Source: Camelus ferus
Lineage: Eukaryota
NCBI RefSeq assembly: GCF_009834535.1
Contig: NC_045696.1
Coordinates: 39,742,001-39,806,000, forward strand
Length of the DNA stretch: 64,000 bases
Direction: 5' to 3'
Made by a program: the position numbers and the translations under genes. Positions 1 to 11,946 of the stretch are shown here, piece after piece; within the stretch, counting starts at the first letter, position 1; every line of letters starts with the position of its first letter. Below the pieces are notes generated by a model. That model had not been told where the DNA came from. It was given only the letters and a program-made list of their open reading frames with translations, and made no database searches.

Positions 1-246
1 TATAAGGCGGCTCTTTAGTGGAGTCGGGAAAGGATCTGCACAAATTTTAAAATACTAAGAGAAACAACAACAAAGGAAAACACAAAAAAATTCTTTCTGC
101 ACCCAGTGGCCCCCAACATCTATCTACCATCTTCGTTCCACTGTTCCTTTCTTTTACAGAGAGATTTTTTTCAGTTCTCTATGTTGATGTCTTTCTTCTT
201 CGCCTCCTGTTCTAGGTTCAAAATACTGCAATTCAGCTTCCAGACG

Positions 247-683
247 GTTGTGGGTCGGATTGTGCCCCTACCGCAGCCAAAGTACACGTTCCTAATTTCT
301 GGTACCTATGAATGTAACCTTATTTGGAAACAGGGTCTTAGCAGGTGTAATCAAGTTAAAATAAGGTTATATCGGACTAGGGTAGACCCTAATCCAATGA
401 CTGGTATAAAAAGAGGAAAATGTGGACAGAGATTCAGACGTAGGGAGAACATCATGTAACTACAGAGGCAGAAATTGGAATGATGCGACGGAATTGCAAA
501 GATTGTCACTGCCAGAAGCTAGGAAAAGGCAAGGAAGGATCCTTGCCTAGAACCTACAGAGAGAGAGCATAGCCCTACCAATATGCTAATTTCAGAATTT
601 TTGCCTGCAGAACCATCAGACAATAAATTTGTTGTTTTAAGCCATCCACGTTTGTGGTAAACTGTTACAGCAGCCCTAGGAAA
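247..683 (+). mobile_element. MaLR solo LTR, MLT1C-like
   Basis: Hallmark segments gtacctatgaatgtaaccttatttggaaacagggtc ... ccagaagctagga ... aataaatttgttgttttaagcca ... gttacagcagccctaggaaa. Confidence 0.85.
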
Positions 684-999
684 TGCGGACCTGCCTCTCC
701 AGCAGAACCACTCACTGAAGCAGTTTCTGAGCTGCCAGAAGTCTACAGATACTTTTCCTTCCTTATCGTTGGTGACCTTTCTACAGCATCTGGCACTGCT
801 GGCCCTTCCTCCCCTCATATCTTCCCTCCCTCCTTGTTAAAACTCTCCTTCCCCGTCTTAGTTCTTCTTTTAACTCTCTAGTTGCCATGCCTCCCGCATC
901 TTAGCTGACTTACCTGACTGCTGACGCTGCTGTTCTTCAGAGCTCCTTCCCCGCTCTCTGGACACTGCCTGGGCCATCTCCCTACTCCCACGACTCCAG

Positions 1000-2090
1000 T
1001 TACCAACTGAAGCAGAGAAAGCGCTGAAGTCTCCAACCTTTCTCCTCATCCTCAAACCCGTCATCTACTTCTGCATTAAGCACCTCCACCCAGAAACTCC
1101 ACAGCATTTCAAACTCAAAGTGTCCCAAGCATTCAGTGAACATCTTCCATCTTACCAGGTGCTAAGAACAACAACAAATGACAGACAAGGCCCCTGTCCT
1201 TACAGAGATTACAATATGGTAAGAAAGACACGGTAAATAATCTCAGGGATGATGAGAACTGCAGGGAAATGATGGATGTCTTACATGGGTGTGTGTGTGT
1301 GTGTAGGATAAATAGCAATTAACTAGGCAGAAATACTGGTGGGTAAAGAAGGTAGAGAGCAGGGAGAAGACGATTCTAGAAAGAAAAAAATCCAGCATTT
1401 AACTGACCTTTGCTCTCTCACATTTGACTGGTCATTAAGCTTTATACTTTATTTTCTTAATATCTCTAAATTAAGTCCTTCTGCAGTCCCTGCCATCGTT
1501 GTTTATCAGGCTTCCCCATTTCCTAGCTTTCCTTCCTCTTATCCACTGACCACATTCCTGTCACGGTTTCTTAGGCACCACCTGGGTCATGCAGACCCCA
1601 TATTTAAAAATCCTTCAGCTGTTCTCCACCGATGATACAATAAAGCTCAAACTCTTCGGCAAGCAAAGTCCATCATAGTCGGTCCTCTGATTCCTTCTCT
1701 CATCTCATCTCTGGACTTTTCCCACAAGCTCTTTGCTCCAGCTGTGGAACCGTGGGTGGCTCCCCACACTGCTCCCCATGCTCCCTCCTCTCCCACTGCA
1801 CCATCTACTCTGCTTTGCCAAGAGCAATGTCCTTTCTCCTCAAATCCGCCTGGCAAATAAATACCTGCTCAATGTGACCACCCTTGTGAAACCTTCCTGA
1901 AGAGCCCTATTCTCTCCATTTCCACTATCAAAATCTCTTTCCTGAACTTAATATGAGTAATTATACATCTTTATGTCAGTTTATTATACCAAGCTGTAAA
2001 ACTGTTAGGCAGGCAATGCATTCTATTCGCCTCTGTAGCCACAGACGCAGAAATTGGGCATAGCAGGCTCTTTTAACACATGCTGCCGAA
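1000..2090. mobile_element. Degenerate L2 LINE fragments (both orientations)
   Basis: L2-like segments include tttcaaactcaaagtgtcccaagc and cacccttgtgaaaccttcc; an antisense L2 3' end lies at ~1130-1270. Confidence 0.5.
1289..1304 (+). repeat. (GT)8 microsatellite
   Basis: Read directly from the sequence. Confidence 0.9.
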
Positions 2091-2154
2091 TTTAGAAAAT
2101 AATAAACTCAAATGAGCCAGTGGTAGGCACTTGGGAGGCAAATGATAAGAATAG

Positions 2155-2345
2155 AAAGTACAAGGCTTGGAAATCAGACAGAGCTTTGGATTTAAATTCT
2201 AGCTATGCCAACCTTTGAGATGATCCTGGCACTTAACCTCTATATCCTCAACTGTACATGGGAATAATACCTCCCGTCTCACAAGGCCATTGTGAGGGTT
2301 TGCTAAGAACTTACATAAAATGTAGTGAACTCTATCAACGTGAAT
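2155..2345 (+). mobile_element. MIR SINE
   Basis: gcttggaaatcagacagagc...cacttaacctc...ctgtacatgggaataatacctc...ttgtgaggg matches the MIR core. Confidence 0.7.
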
Positions 2346-5300
2346 ACTCTTTCTTTCTGAAGATGATGTCTCTATGCATCTGGTACCCCCTTTTCTCCTG
2401 GGAACTGCTGTATATTTCCAAAAGTTTTATATGACCTCATCCCCCCTGGTTAGCTGACTGGTCCAAGGGGGGGAACTGACTCACACTGGGCCAATGTGAA
2501 GCCAATCTACCCTTCCCTGCAATTTCTGGACCTTGTACATTAGGAAAATCCTGGAATCTCTCCCGTGCTGAAGCAAAAAGCCTTGAGGATTGCCAGCAGC
2601 CACGATTTCTTCCAAGCAGAGAAAGCCAGACAGAAGCCAGGGAATGAAGCTGAGTTCTTGGTGCCTGAGGTCCAGCTACATCCTTGCTCCTCCTGGGGCT
2701 CAAGCTGGTTCAGTTCTCATGAAGGTTCCACACAAATCACCTCAGAATGCTCCTAATACTCTTCCCTTCTACTCTAAGTAGACTTCAATTTCTGTCCCCT
2801 ATAACAGCAAGAGTCCTGACCAAAACACTCTTCCCCCGCCCATGCAACTGAACTTCTGCCTCACATTCAGATCGACAGTTAGCATCTAGGATATAAAGAG
2901 TAACCAGAAACCGGGGCATGCCAGGAGCAACAAGGTAACCCTCGAACCTGAAAATCACCTGAGAGTGGAGAGCAAAGAAAGCTGAATGTATCAACAGGTG
3001 GAAGTTGGAAAGAGAAAGTGGAGGTCCAAAGGGAGGGACAAAACCAGTATTAAGCTCTCGGAGGGCTGGAGGCCAGGTAAGGACATATCATACGAACAAT
3101 CTTGCTGTCACATACCTCTACTGCATGGTCTGACCCCCCTCACTAAGCTAGGGGTGCACCTTTCCTACACAACAACTGGGGTGAGGATACGGGGCAGAAG
3201 GATGGAGAAGTGCTGGGGTCTCAGTAGAAAGCCAACATTTGAAACTGGAGATTTTAACTGTAGAGCAGGGAAAAGAGAAACAAAATTTTCCATTCACGTG
3301 TTGTTTCACTCATGGAACCAAAGTTTATCAACTACCCAAACAGTTTCCATCCAGACCTCATACATTCTAGAGAGCTGGGCTATTTAAAAGCACTGAAAGT
3401 GACATGCTTAGTATTTAAATCCAAGGATGTCAGACTTCGATTTCTCCCTACTTTCAAAGTCCACCAAAGTAAAAAATAGTGAAGATGAAGAAAGCTCTCA
3501 GGTTTCTCAGAGTAAACAAAAACCAAAATCGGAAAGAAAAACATCTCACAGTTTATATGACAGTTTCAGTAGAGCAGAAGCTAGACTGCAAGGAAATCAT
3601 TTAACAAAAATCTTTTGTGTGCTAGGCACTAAGAAAATGTACAGCATAGATGTAGTCTACTAGTGAGAAAGCTGGTCACTGAAAAAAAGCAGATATATAA
3701 GGTACCCGGAAAGCAACCAGTTGAAAAGACAGATGTACATATGCCAGCAGCGTTGTAAGAATGATTCAGGTACAGAGTAAGAAGCTCCCTAGAAGTTTAA
3801 ATTATACTAAAACACAACTTACACTCGATGAAGCAGCATTCTGGACAAGGTGGAAGAGATGATTTCAGGAAGAAGGGATGGTGAGGCAGGAGGCAGAGTC
3901 TTACTGTGCAGAGATGAGGAGGGCAGGGGTTCAGCTCCACACAGCAGGACAGCCACGATGCCACTGCTGGGCAGAAATCCCCTTCTGAGGCTTGATTAGT
4001 CGTCCTCATTTGAGGTGGATCTAGTCAGATGGCCGCATGACTTTCTCCAGTAACCTTGAGCTATCCAGAACCAGAGCAAGCAGACAATGGGGAATGGCAC
4101 GTGGGCTAGGTTTGGGATGTCTCAAGGACAAGGGGAAAAGCATCAGTGAGATGATGGACCTGGGCTGAGACAAGTGAACCTAGAGATGGACAAGTGGAAG
4201 TGGTACAAGCTGAGGTGCCTGAGGATGATGCCACTGGTATTATCTCAGGTACAAACTCTTCAGTAGGCCTGTCAATGGGAAGTCCTCCACCACCTTGTCC
4301 CCACTGACCTTTCCAGCTTCTGTTTCTCATTACTCTCTTATGATACCAGATTACTGAAGCTACCTGAATGTTCTCCAGGACTTTCAACTGCAAATTAAAA
4401 GAAGGGAACTACTGGAACCAAGACTAGGTGGACTTTCATAATGCTGGAGGTGGCAGTTCAAATTAGAATTTGAAAAAGGGCAAAGGAGTGCACCCAACTT
4501 ACTGACAGTGATTTAGCTAACAGAGAAGCACAGAAGCAGTTCACAGAATTCCAGGTGAAGGAGGGCTCCTCTTATTATGAGAGCAAAGGGGTCTAGCTCC
4601 TAGGAAGACAGTGGCTGGGGAACACTGGCAGCATGTTAGGCCCTGTGCAAGTAGGTTAAGGCTCAAGAAAGGGCTTGATTTTCACGGAACCGGGAAGCCC
4701 AGGCTCTGACTGTGGGAATCAGGCGAAGGACAACAGTGTGAAGGGCATACAGGTGCCCAGAGACTAACATCAAATGATGTGCCTGAGGCAACAGACTTGC
4801 TCCAGAAATGAGTCAATTCCTATTTTTTGAATGATGGACATCACTAAGTATTAGAAATAAGAAAATGATTAAAACTCTTTGCCAGAAACAAATATTTAAT
4901 ATATATTGTGATTAATGACTAAGCAGAAAAAACTAGAAATTACTATCTGGAAATGAGTATGTGTGTGGTGACAGAAGGAATGATACCCAAGAAAGATTTT
5001 GAAGGATGATAAGGAGTTTTCCAAGCACACAAGGAAAGGGCTCTTTCTATTCAAGTAGAGAAAATGGCATATGTAAAGAGATCAGTACAGGGGACAAGGC
5101 AAAACAGCATGAAATTATGTTAGAAGAATAAAAAGCTCAATCTTAACTTCAACCATATACAAAGGGTGAGGATGCTGGTGTGAGATTAAGTCAAAGAGGA
5201 AGGGAGGGGCCAGACTCTGAAAAAATTACAGATATAAAATGCAAAGGAGTTTGGATTGTATCTCACAGGTGATAACGGGGCTGCTGCCCACACAATGGAG

Positions 5301-5907
5301 ATACTAACACAGCTCCAAGAGGGCAGTACCCCAGTTCACAGAACCATGGCCCTCAGTAACCAACCAGTAAGTACTGGCCCAATTATTGGGCAGGGGTGCA
5401 GGGTACCTGGCTCAAGGAGGAAGCAGTGGGCCAGGACCGGAGCCTGAGGCTTGCTACTCATTGCAGCAGGACTGGCGTTTACACCCACAAGCTTTCCTGA
5501 ACCCTTGGTGTTCTGATGCTGTGATCTTTACCCCTTAAATGTCTGCCATCTCTGTTGACCAGAAACCAACCAATCCTAAAAGTTCGCCTGGTTAAAACCA
5601 CTTTATCAGGAAGGCTTCTGCCACTTCCCCAGGCATTGTGAGCTCCCTCCCTTACAAACTCACAGCACTGTGCGGCCTTCTGTGGTTATTCTTACGTGTA
5701 TTTCAACTTGGATCATTACTTCCCCAACTGTAGGTTCTCTGACAACGACAATGTTCTGCTCTTCTGTGAATGTCTCTGGACTGTACTGACATATAAGCAC
5801 GCGTATAGGCTGGGAGCTCATAGCTGGTAACCTTTCATGCTGACAGTTTTTAAATGAGAAAATGATAGAGTACCAGCATCTTCCCTTTGATCCCAAACAA
5901 TTCAGTT

Positions 5908-6307
5908 TTTTTCTTTTTATAGTAAAATTATTTTTATTCCTTTTTTTCCTTCATTAAAAGCACCAGTTGGAGAACAGAGAAAAGTGTAGGAAGTGTGGAC
6001 ATGGGGACTGCTTATAACCTGAATATGACTTTGCGAGTGGGTAAAGAGTATACAGGGTCCCTCCAATCCTTCTCTTCATCTCGATCTCATCTCGATCATT
6101 CTGGATCACATACCTGGGTACCTGCTCACCCACAGTGGAATCATCAAACAGAACTTTAGCTTTCATTTTGGTTTCCTCATCTGAGCAATAAAGATAATTT
6201 TGTGCACCCTCTCTTCATGGAATTGTGTGATGACTAAATCATACAGTCCATGTAAAGCATTTAGCAGAATGTCTGGCTTGTAGTTAGGGTTCAATGAATA
6301 TTAATGA
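5908..6307 (-). pseudogene. 5'-truncated retroposed RNA 3' end (contains an antisense MIR remnant), source unknown
   Basis: Minus-strand AATAAA at 5938-5933, A-rich tail at ~5919-5906, and flanking 15-bp direct repeats ccaaacaattcagtt (5893-5907) and ccaaacaactcagtt (6308-6322). Confidence 0.6.
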
Positions 6308-9300
6308 CCAAACAACTCAGTTCTGACTGCAAACTTGCATGCACTCTACTCCACAAAAGCCTCGCAAGGAACTCTGGGCCTACTCTCCTTAGAAAGCAGT
6401 TGAGGGAGCTTGCACCTGGGAGTCTCCCCCTATAATTCAAGTGGCTAACTGAAGTTTTCCTTCCAACTATGTATCCTTCAGAGTGCAGGCTGATCTAGCA
6501 GGTGATGCTTGAGCAGCCTTTTAAGAACACTTCAATATTCCATCTGCTTCACTGGACACTGGCATTCATTAAATATAAGTTTATTTGATTTCTGTACTTT
6601 TTGTCCTCATGGAGTGTATTGACTTAATCCACATAATGATTTGGAAAATTAGCAGTATGTATGTTTGTAAGCTAATATGTCGAACTGACATACTTTCTCA
6701 AAGATCCTATTCTGAATGAAGAATTTAATCAAATGGAATAAAGAAAATATGTAATACCTCTGAACAAAAGAGTAATTACTTCATAAATAATGAATGCCTT
6801 GTGATAAACTTTTACATTTTGGAATGTTTGTCTTGCTGTATTTTATAAGTATGCTTATGTGTGCTAAATCAGCCTGCAAATTAATTTTAAGATGATATGT
6901 CTATAGAATATAACATCACCCTATCAAAATTACAACCATGTAAGGTTATCTAGGTATGTGAATATGGAATAAAAAGGAAGACAAAAATTATAAATTTACA
7001 GATTAGGGGGGACGATTGTGGATAACAGTTAAGTTTTTGGTTTTGAGTAACTGTTATGTAATTGTTATCTGTAAGATATGTTTAAAATAAAGTGCTAAGA
7101 CCATAAGGTTGTTATAAGGTAAACTGAATCCCTGAGCCACACAAGAAAAACTGCCAAGTTGTGTCACTTCATATTTCAACAACCACATTTCGCAAGTATC
7201 ACTATCTTTATAAAGCTTTTCCTAATCCTTATAATTTTATGTCATCATTCCACATACTTCCAACTAATCAAGAAGTAGAAATGATCTATTTGCATGCATC
7301 CAATTAATACCGAGTATTACCATCTGAACTTTCATATACCGGTTTACTTTATTTTGTATAGTCCCAAATTAAAAAATCTAACTCTATGTAAATCTAGCCT
7401 TCCCTCACCATACTGTAATCTGATTCTTTTTGGAAATTAATTAACTCTTGTTTTTTAATTCTAGTACTTGTACTTTCACTTGTACCAATTTCACTATTTT
7501 AAGTTTTGTTTTTTGTTTTTTGTTTTGGTTTTTCTAGAATGAAGTTCATACGTTCAAACTATTAACTATGTCCAGAGGGAAATAATATTTCCTCTTTTCT
7601 TATAATACTGGGAAATCTATCTAAACATCATTAACCTGTAATTTACTATTAATTTTTCATTTACAAGTTTTTGAAATGTGGATTTTAAATCTGATCATTA
7701 ACACATACAGAATGTGCGCTCTATTTCTAACCTCCATCATGCAAAATTAATCAGAGAGAGCAAAAAAAGGACGCTCTCTGACTTTTGTCTCTGAACAAGA
7801 ACTATATTTAAAAGCCCTAATGTTTTATCAGTCCAAAAAAAGATAATGGAAAATCCTAAATTAACCTAATGTCAATATTAGTAATAATTTCAAATGTTCT
7901 TTGCAGAGGGAGATATGTTCTTCATCTCTGACAATTTACAAATACTGTTCAAAAACTATTTCCCTGCATCACAAGCTAAATAAAGGCATTACTTGACAGA
8001 ACGTAAATTTTTTTTCACACTGTTAGTTCAGATATCATTGTGAAACAGAATGATTCTTTTTAAGAAAGAACACGATTTGTTTCATAGATTTATTAGCCAA
8101 CAAAAAGCACTACCTTCACAAACATTTCATATTTATAGGCATAAACAAGTCAGTCTCAATGGATTTTTTAAATTAATTCTGATATTTTACCACATTTAAA
8201 TGTTATTCTAAGTCAGAAGGTAGGCAAACCCTCCATGACACAAATTAAGAAGCTGAGCTCCTGCGATGAGGTGTCACAAATTCCTACCTCATAATGCAAA
8301 GCAGAGACATAAATTCATTCACAGTAGACCCTCAACTTCCTATTAAGTAAATTTATTACATTAACAATGTGCAATCAGCATAATAAGTTCCACCAATTTA
8401 AGTTTTTTTTAGAAAGACATACATTTTACAGGAAAAAAATGCTTTCAATAAAAAAGACTTCGAAGATGAACTTAATATCAAACTTAGAACTCAAAAATAC
8501 ACAGATATAAGCCATTATCTAAAACATCATAGTTAAATGGATGTGAATAAATAGAATTTATACGTATATTAATGAAATGAGACTGGTCAAAATACATCTC
8601 TGCTGTGAAAAGCTGACAATTTTTCAGACCAATGATAAATTTTATTTTGAGCCAAATAAAAAGAAAAATCACTTAGCAGAAAAATCTGAGGAATAGCTAT
8701 GTATGGCATTAACTGGAATGAGCCTAGTATCTTCTGCTTCTTCAAAATGATGTTTCAAAGATTAAAAAAAATTCTAAAGCACAGTTCTACCTCAACATAC
8801 ACATTAAATGCATTTCAACCTAGGCTGGCTAAGGAAAAAAAAAATCTGTGTATCACAAAACATTTTTTCACAGCTTACTTTTTATTCTGCCTATTTGTAA
8901 ACTGCAGAACACCTGGAAAAGCATAAAGAAATTAACTACAACTCTATCATCAAAAAAAACACAACCATTATTGCTTTATTATAATTTCCTTCCAGTCTTC
9001 TAAGACTTCTTAGAGTATAAAAACTCCAGCTCGTAACTTAACATTACAGTATTGTAGACATTCCCATTATTGAAAATTCTATAGGTGTTTTAAAGCACTG
9101 CTTCTCATTCTGAAAACAGATTTCTTTTTAGGTTATGTGAGGAATCCCAGCAGACCCTAAAGCACATCTGCTAAACTAGTAATACTAAGAGTAATTCAAC
9201 CACAGGCTGAATATCAGGGCCCTTCGGGTAAGAAACAGAATTTTTAAAAATTAGAGAATTCAAATCCCATCTAATTCCTGAGTTTTCAGGTGACACATGA

Positions 9301-9899
9301 TAACTCAGGAATTATATGGGACCTAACAGGCCCTTACTTTATCAATTTCAAAAGCTGAAGATTAACAATGATTATCAGTTATAGCTATATTATGCTTTTA
9401 TTTCCCATCGCAGAACTCCTGTGTACTGTCATTTCATTTTCAGTAAACAGGAAATAGGTATGTATTCTCATGTCACTGATGCAGAAAACTGAGGTACAAA
9501 TAAATTAAATGACCTAGCAAAATTTACCCAACTTAGGAGAACTAGAAATCAGGTCTTTTAAATTACCAGCATCACTTCTATTTTTGTTAATCCACACTGA
9601 TGTTTATAAAACATAACATTGTGAAAGAGAACCATATATGCTACTTGTTAAAATGCTTCCGTAAAAACTGAAATTAAACTTTAAAAAAATGGGTAATGTG
9701 TGTTTAATTAGACCAGGCTTTAGAAATTCTAAAAACAAAGCAATTGTCACATTTGGAATGGGGGAGGGCCTATAACTGGTTCTATACTGTTCAAAGATTT
9801 CTTTAAACATGATATAAACTCTTTCAGATTTAGAAATAAGCAAAACAGTACTCTGCTAATGCAGTTACATTTCCTTCTTTATCAAGGTATCTTATTTTT

Positions 9900-10030
9900 T
9901 GCATGTCTCAGTTTCCTTATGCTTGAAATGGGATAACAATACTTATCTCAGATGGCTGTGGTGAGGATTAAGTGAGTTAATAGACATAAATCACTTAGGG
10001 CTGTGCCGACCACAAAGACAGACCCAATCA
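9900..10030 (+). mobile_element. MIR SINE fragment
   Basis: tctcagtttccttatgcttgaaatgggataacaatac...gtgaggattaagtgagttaat. Confidence 0.7.
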
Positions 10031-11308
10031 ATCAGCGTTAGCCGTAAATAAGCCCATTTTATTTTTTCTTTCTACCAAGAGGAGAACACAAGCATAGGCT
10101 CTAAAACTTCAATGGAGGAAAGGATTTCACACTCTAATTTATTAAATGCTGATGTTCAAGAATCCGTTTAAGTAGATGACCTAATGAAAACCTGAATGCT
10201 AATAAAGCATCTAATTTGTAAGTTACATTGTAGAAATGGGCGCCTAGATCTGAAAGAGGTCAGTTTACCAAATACATTCTTTCCTCATAGTTAGATTATA
10301 TTTCCACATGCCTATCAAAAGTTTCAGCATCTTCATAATGACAGGCTTATAGCCATGATTCCATACTTTACTGAAAACCATTATAAATGCAACATTAAAC
10401 TTAAACGTGATCAACAGAAAGGGAAAAAAAAACCTTCCCAGCAATAAGTAACAATCCAATCCTTATCCTTCTCGCTGCAATAAAGTGGGAAATACAATGG
10501 AAAAATGTGTTCAATAACCGATTCCAAACTGTTTCAAAAACTGCTGTTCGCTGTCTGAAAATAGTACTAAAGGGGTGGGGGGGGATCAGCGCTACATTCT
10601 CTTTACATTATGATGATTATTCACTAAACTGTTTTGCTCGCTTCTGGAATAGGGTTTTCAAGAACTGTAGGTAGAAAAGTTTTGTCACTTTCCTTTTAAC
10701 ACAGAACGCTCCAGTTTTAACACAGCACGCTGCCTTGGGTCCCAGACCCAGTGTCTGACCCAGGCAATCTATATCACCATCCTGAATAGGCAGAAACTGC
10801 AAAGGGCATGATCTAAATCCAAGACTCAAAAGATAATCAATTTCATTCGGTTTTGAACCTGAGCACTTTAAAGATGGTAATGACCGCCACTTGCCTTTAA
10901 CAGGTTTAACGTGTTATTTAATTACCTTGCCTTCCTACTCTGTCCTTACAACGAATCAGCTTAACTTTAGAGATCACATATCCAAGACTTCGCTTTTGAC
11001 TCTCAAAGACTTTTCCCAGAAGCAGAATCCAATACCCAAAAGGAGGCCTCCACAGCAGGGTCTCACTTTCCTCTTCAGAAAAATGAATGGACTTTCCAAA
11101 AAGTCAAGTCGCGTTAACTTGGGGGATAACAGGCAGAGCCCACTTTTGCAACTCAACCCAGGGAGAGCGGGGCCAGGTCCGGCCACGCACCGAAGCGCAC
11201 CGCACCTCCGCTGCGCGTATGCAGATTCAGCTAAAGGCCCCCCGCCTCGGCGCCCCGAAGGATTCCCCCGCTCCTGGGGTTCCGCGCGCCGCGCACTCCT
11301 CCGGAACC

Positions 11309-11314
11309 ACTCAC
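11309..11314 (-). other. DCBLD2: 5' splice donor of DCBLD2 intron 1 (AAG|GTGAGT)
   Basis: Plus-strand actcac|cttg at 11309-11318 is a near-perfect U2 donor, located where protein similarity to DCBLD2 exon 1 ends. Confidence 0.95.
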
Positions 11315-11531
11315 CTTGCTGGGCTCTGGCGTCCTCCAGCAGCAGGAGCAGGATAAGTAAGAGGAGGAGGCACAGAGGCATGGGGAAGGAGGAGGAGTTG
11401 GAGCGGGGAGGGAAGGGGTAGGAACGGGAGAGGGGGAGTGCGGCCCGGGCGGGGGCGGGGGCGGCGGCCACGGCCCGGACTAGGGAACGATGAGGGCTGT
11501 GCCCCGCTTTCACCACCGCCCGGCTCGCCAT
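11315..11531 (-). CDS. DCBLD2: DCBLD2 (discoidin, CUB and LCCL domain-containing protein 2 / ESDN) coding exon 1: long signal peptide and first residues of the mature protein (partial CDS, 217 nt, phase-1 intron follows)
   Basis: Translates to [73 protein letters not shown]. This matches the recalled human N-terminus [69 protein letters not shown]. The ATG is in a strong Kozak context (gccgctATGg) and the exon ends at a consensus donor, CAAG|GTGAGT. Confidence 0.97.
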
Positions 11532-11557
11532 AGCGGCGGCCGGCAGTCCGCCTGCAT
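11510..11557 (-). other. Out-of-frame upstream ORF overlapping the DCBLD2 start codon ([15 protein letters not shown], 15 aa)
   Basis: ATG at 11557-11555 (context cactATGc, A at -3) lies 26 nt upstream of the main ATG, in a different frame. It reads to TGA at 11512-11510. Its presence in the sequence is certain; its translation is not shown. Confidence 0.6.
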
Positions 11558-11946
11558 AGTGCGGACGCCCCGGGGCCGCGGCACCGGGCGAGAAGGCGGC
11601 GGCTAAGGCGGGAGAGCGAGAGGCAGCGCGCGCTTCGCCCCGCGCCGGGACCCCCTCCGCCCCTCACTCCGCTTTCGCCTCCTCCTCCTTCGTCCCTTCC
11701 CTCCGCTCCCCGCCCCGAGACCCCAGGCCGGAGCGCAGGGGAGGGGAGGGAAGGAAGCGCGGTGCTCAAGCCGCGGAGGGAGGCTGCGGCGGAGCTAGGG
11801 GACGCGCCTCCCACGCCGCGTTCCTCAACCCGACCCCTGCCCGCCGCGCTCGCCCGGGGCTCCGGCCAGTTGGCAGGCAGGCCGGCCACCCGCTCTCTCG
11901 CGCTCCCTCTCGCGCGCGCTGGCCACGCCTTCACGGCTCGTCACGG

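Larger units (their letters stand above)
1..11314 (-). other. DCBLD2: DCBLD2 intron 1 (proximal part; continues beyond the window start)
   Basis: Lies downstream of the exon 1 donor on the minus strand. No sequence encoding the CUB-domain start (DGCGHTVLGPESG...) was found in 1-11314. Confidence 0.85.

Noticed and set aside
5954-6166. 70-aa ORF inside the retrocopy
   Set aside because: Its first part is derived from MIR sequence and the peptide resembles nothing I know; more likely UTR sequence.
10974-11314. C-terminal part of the 185-aa minus-strand ORF (EWFRRSARR...)
   Set aside because: It is read-through past the AAG|GTGAGT donor into intron 1; similarity to DCBLD2 ends at QQG.
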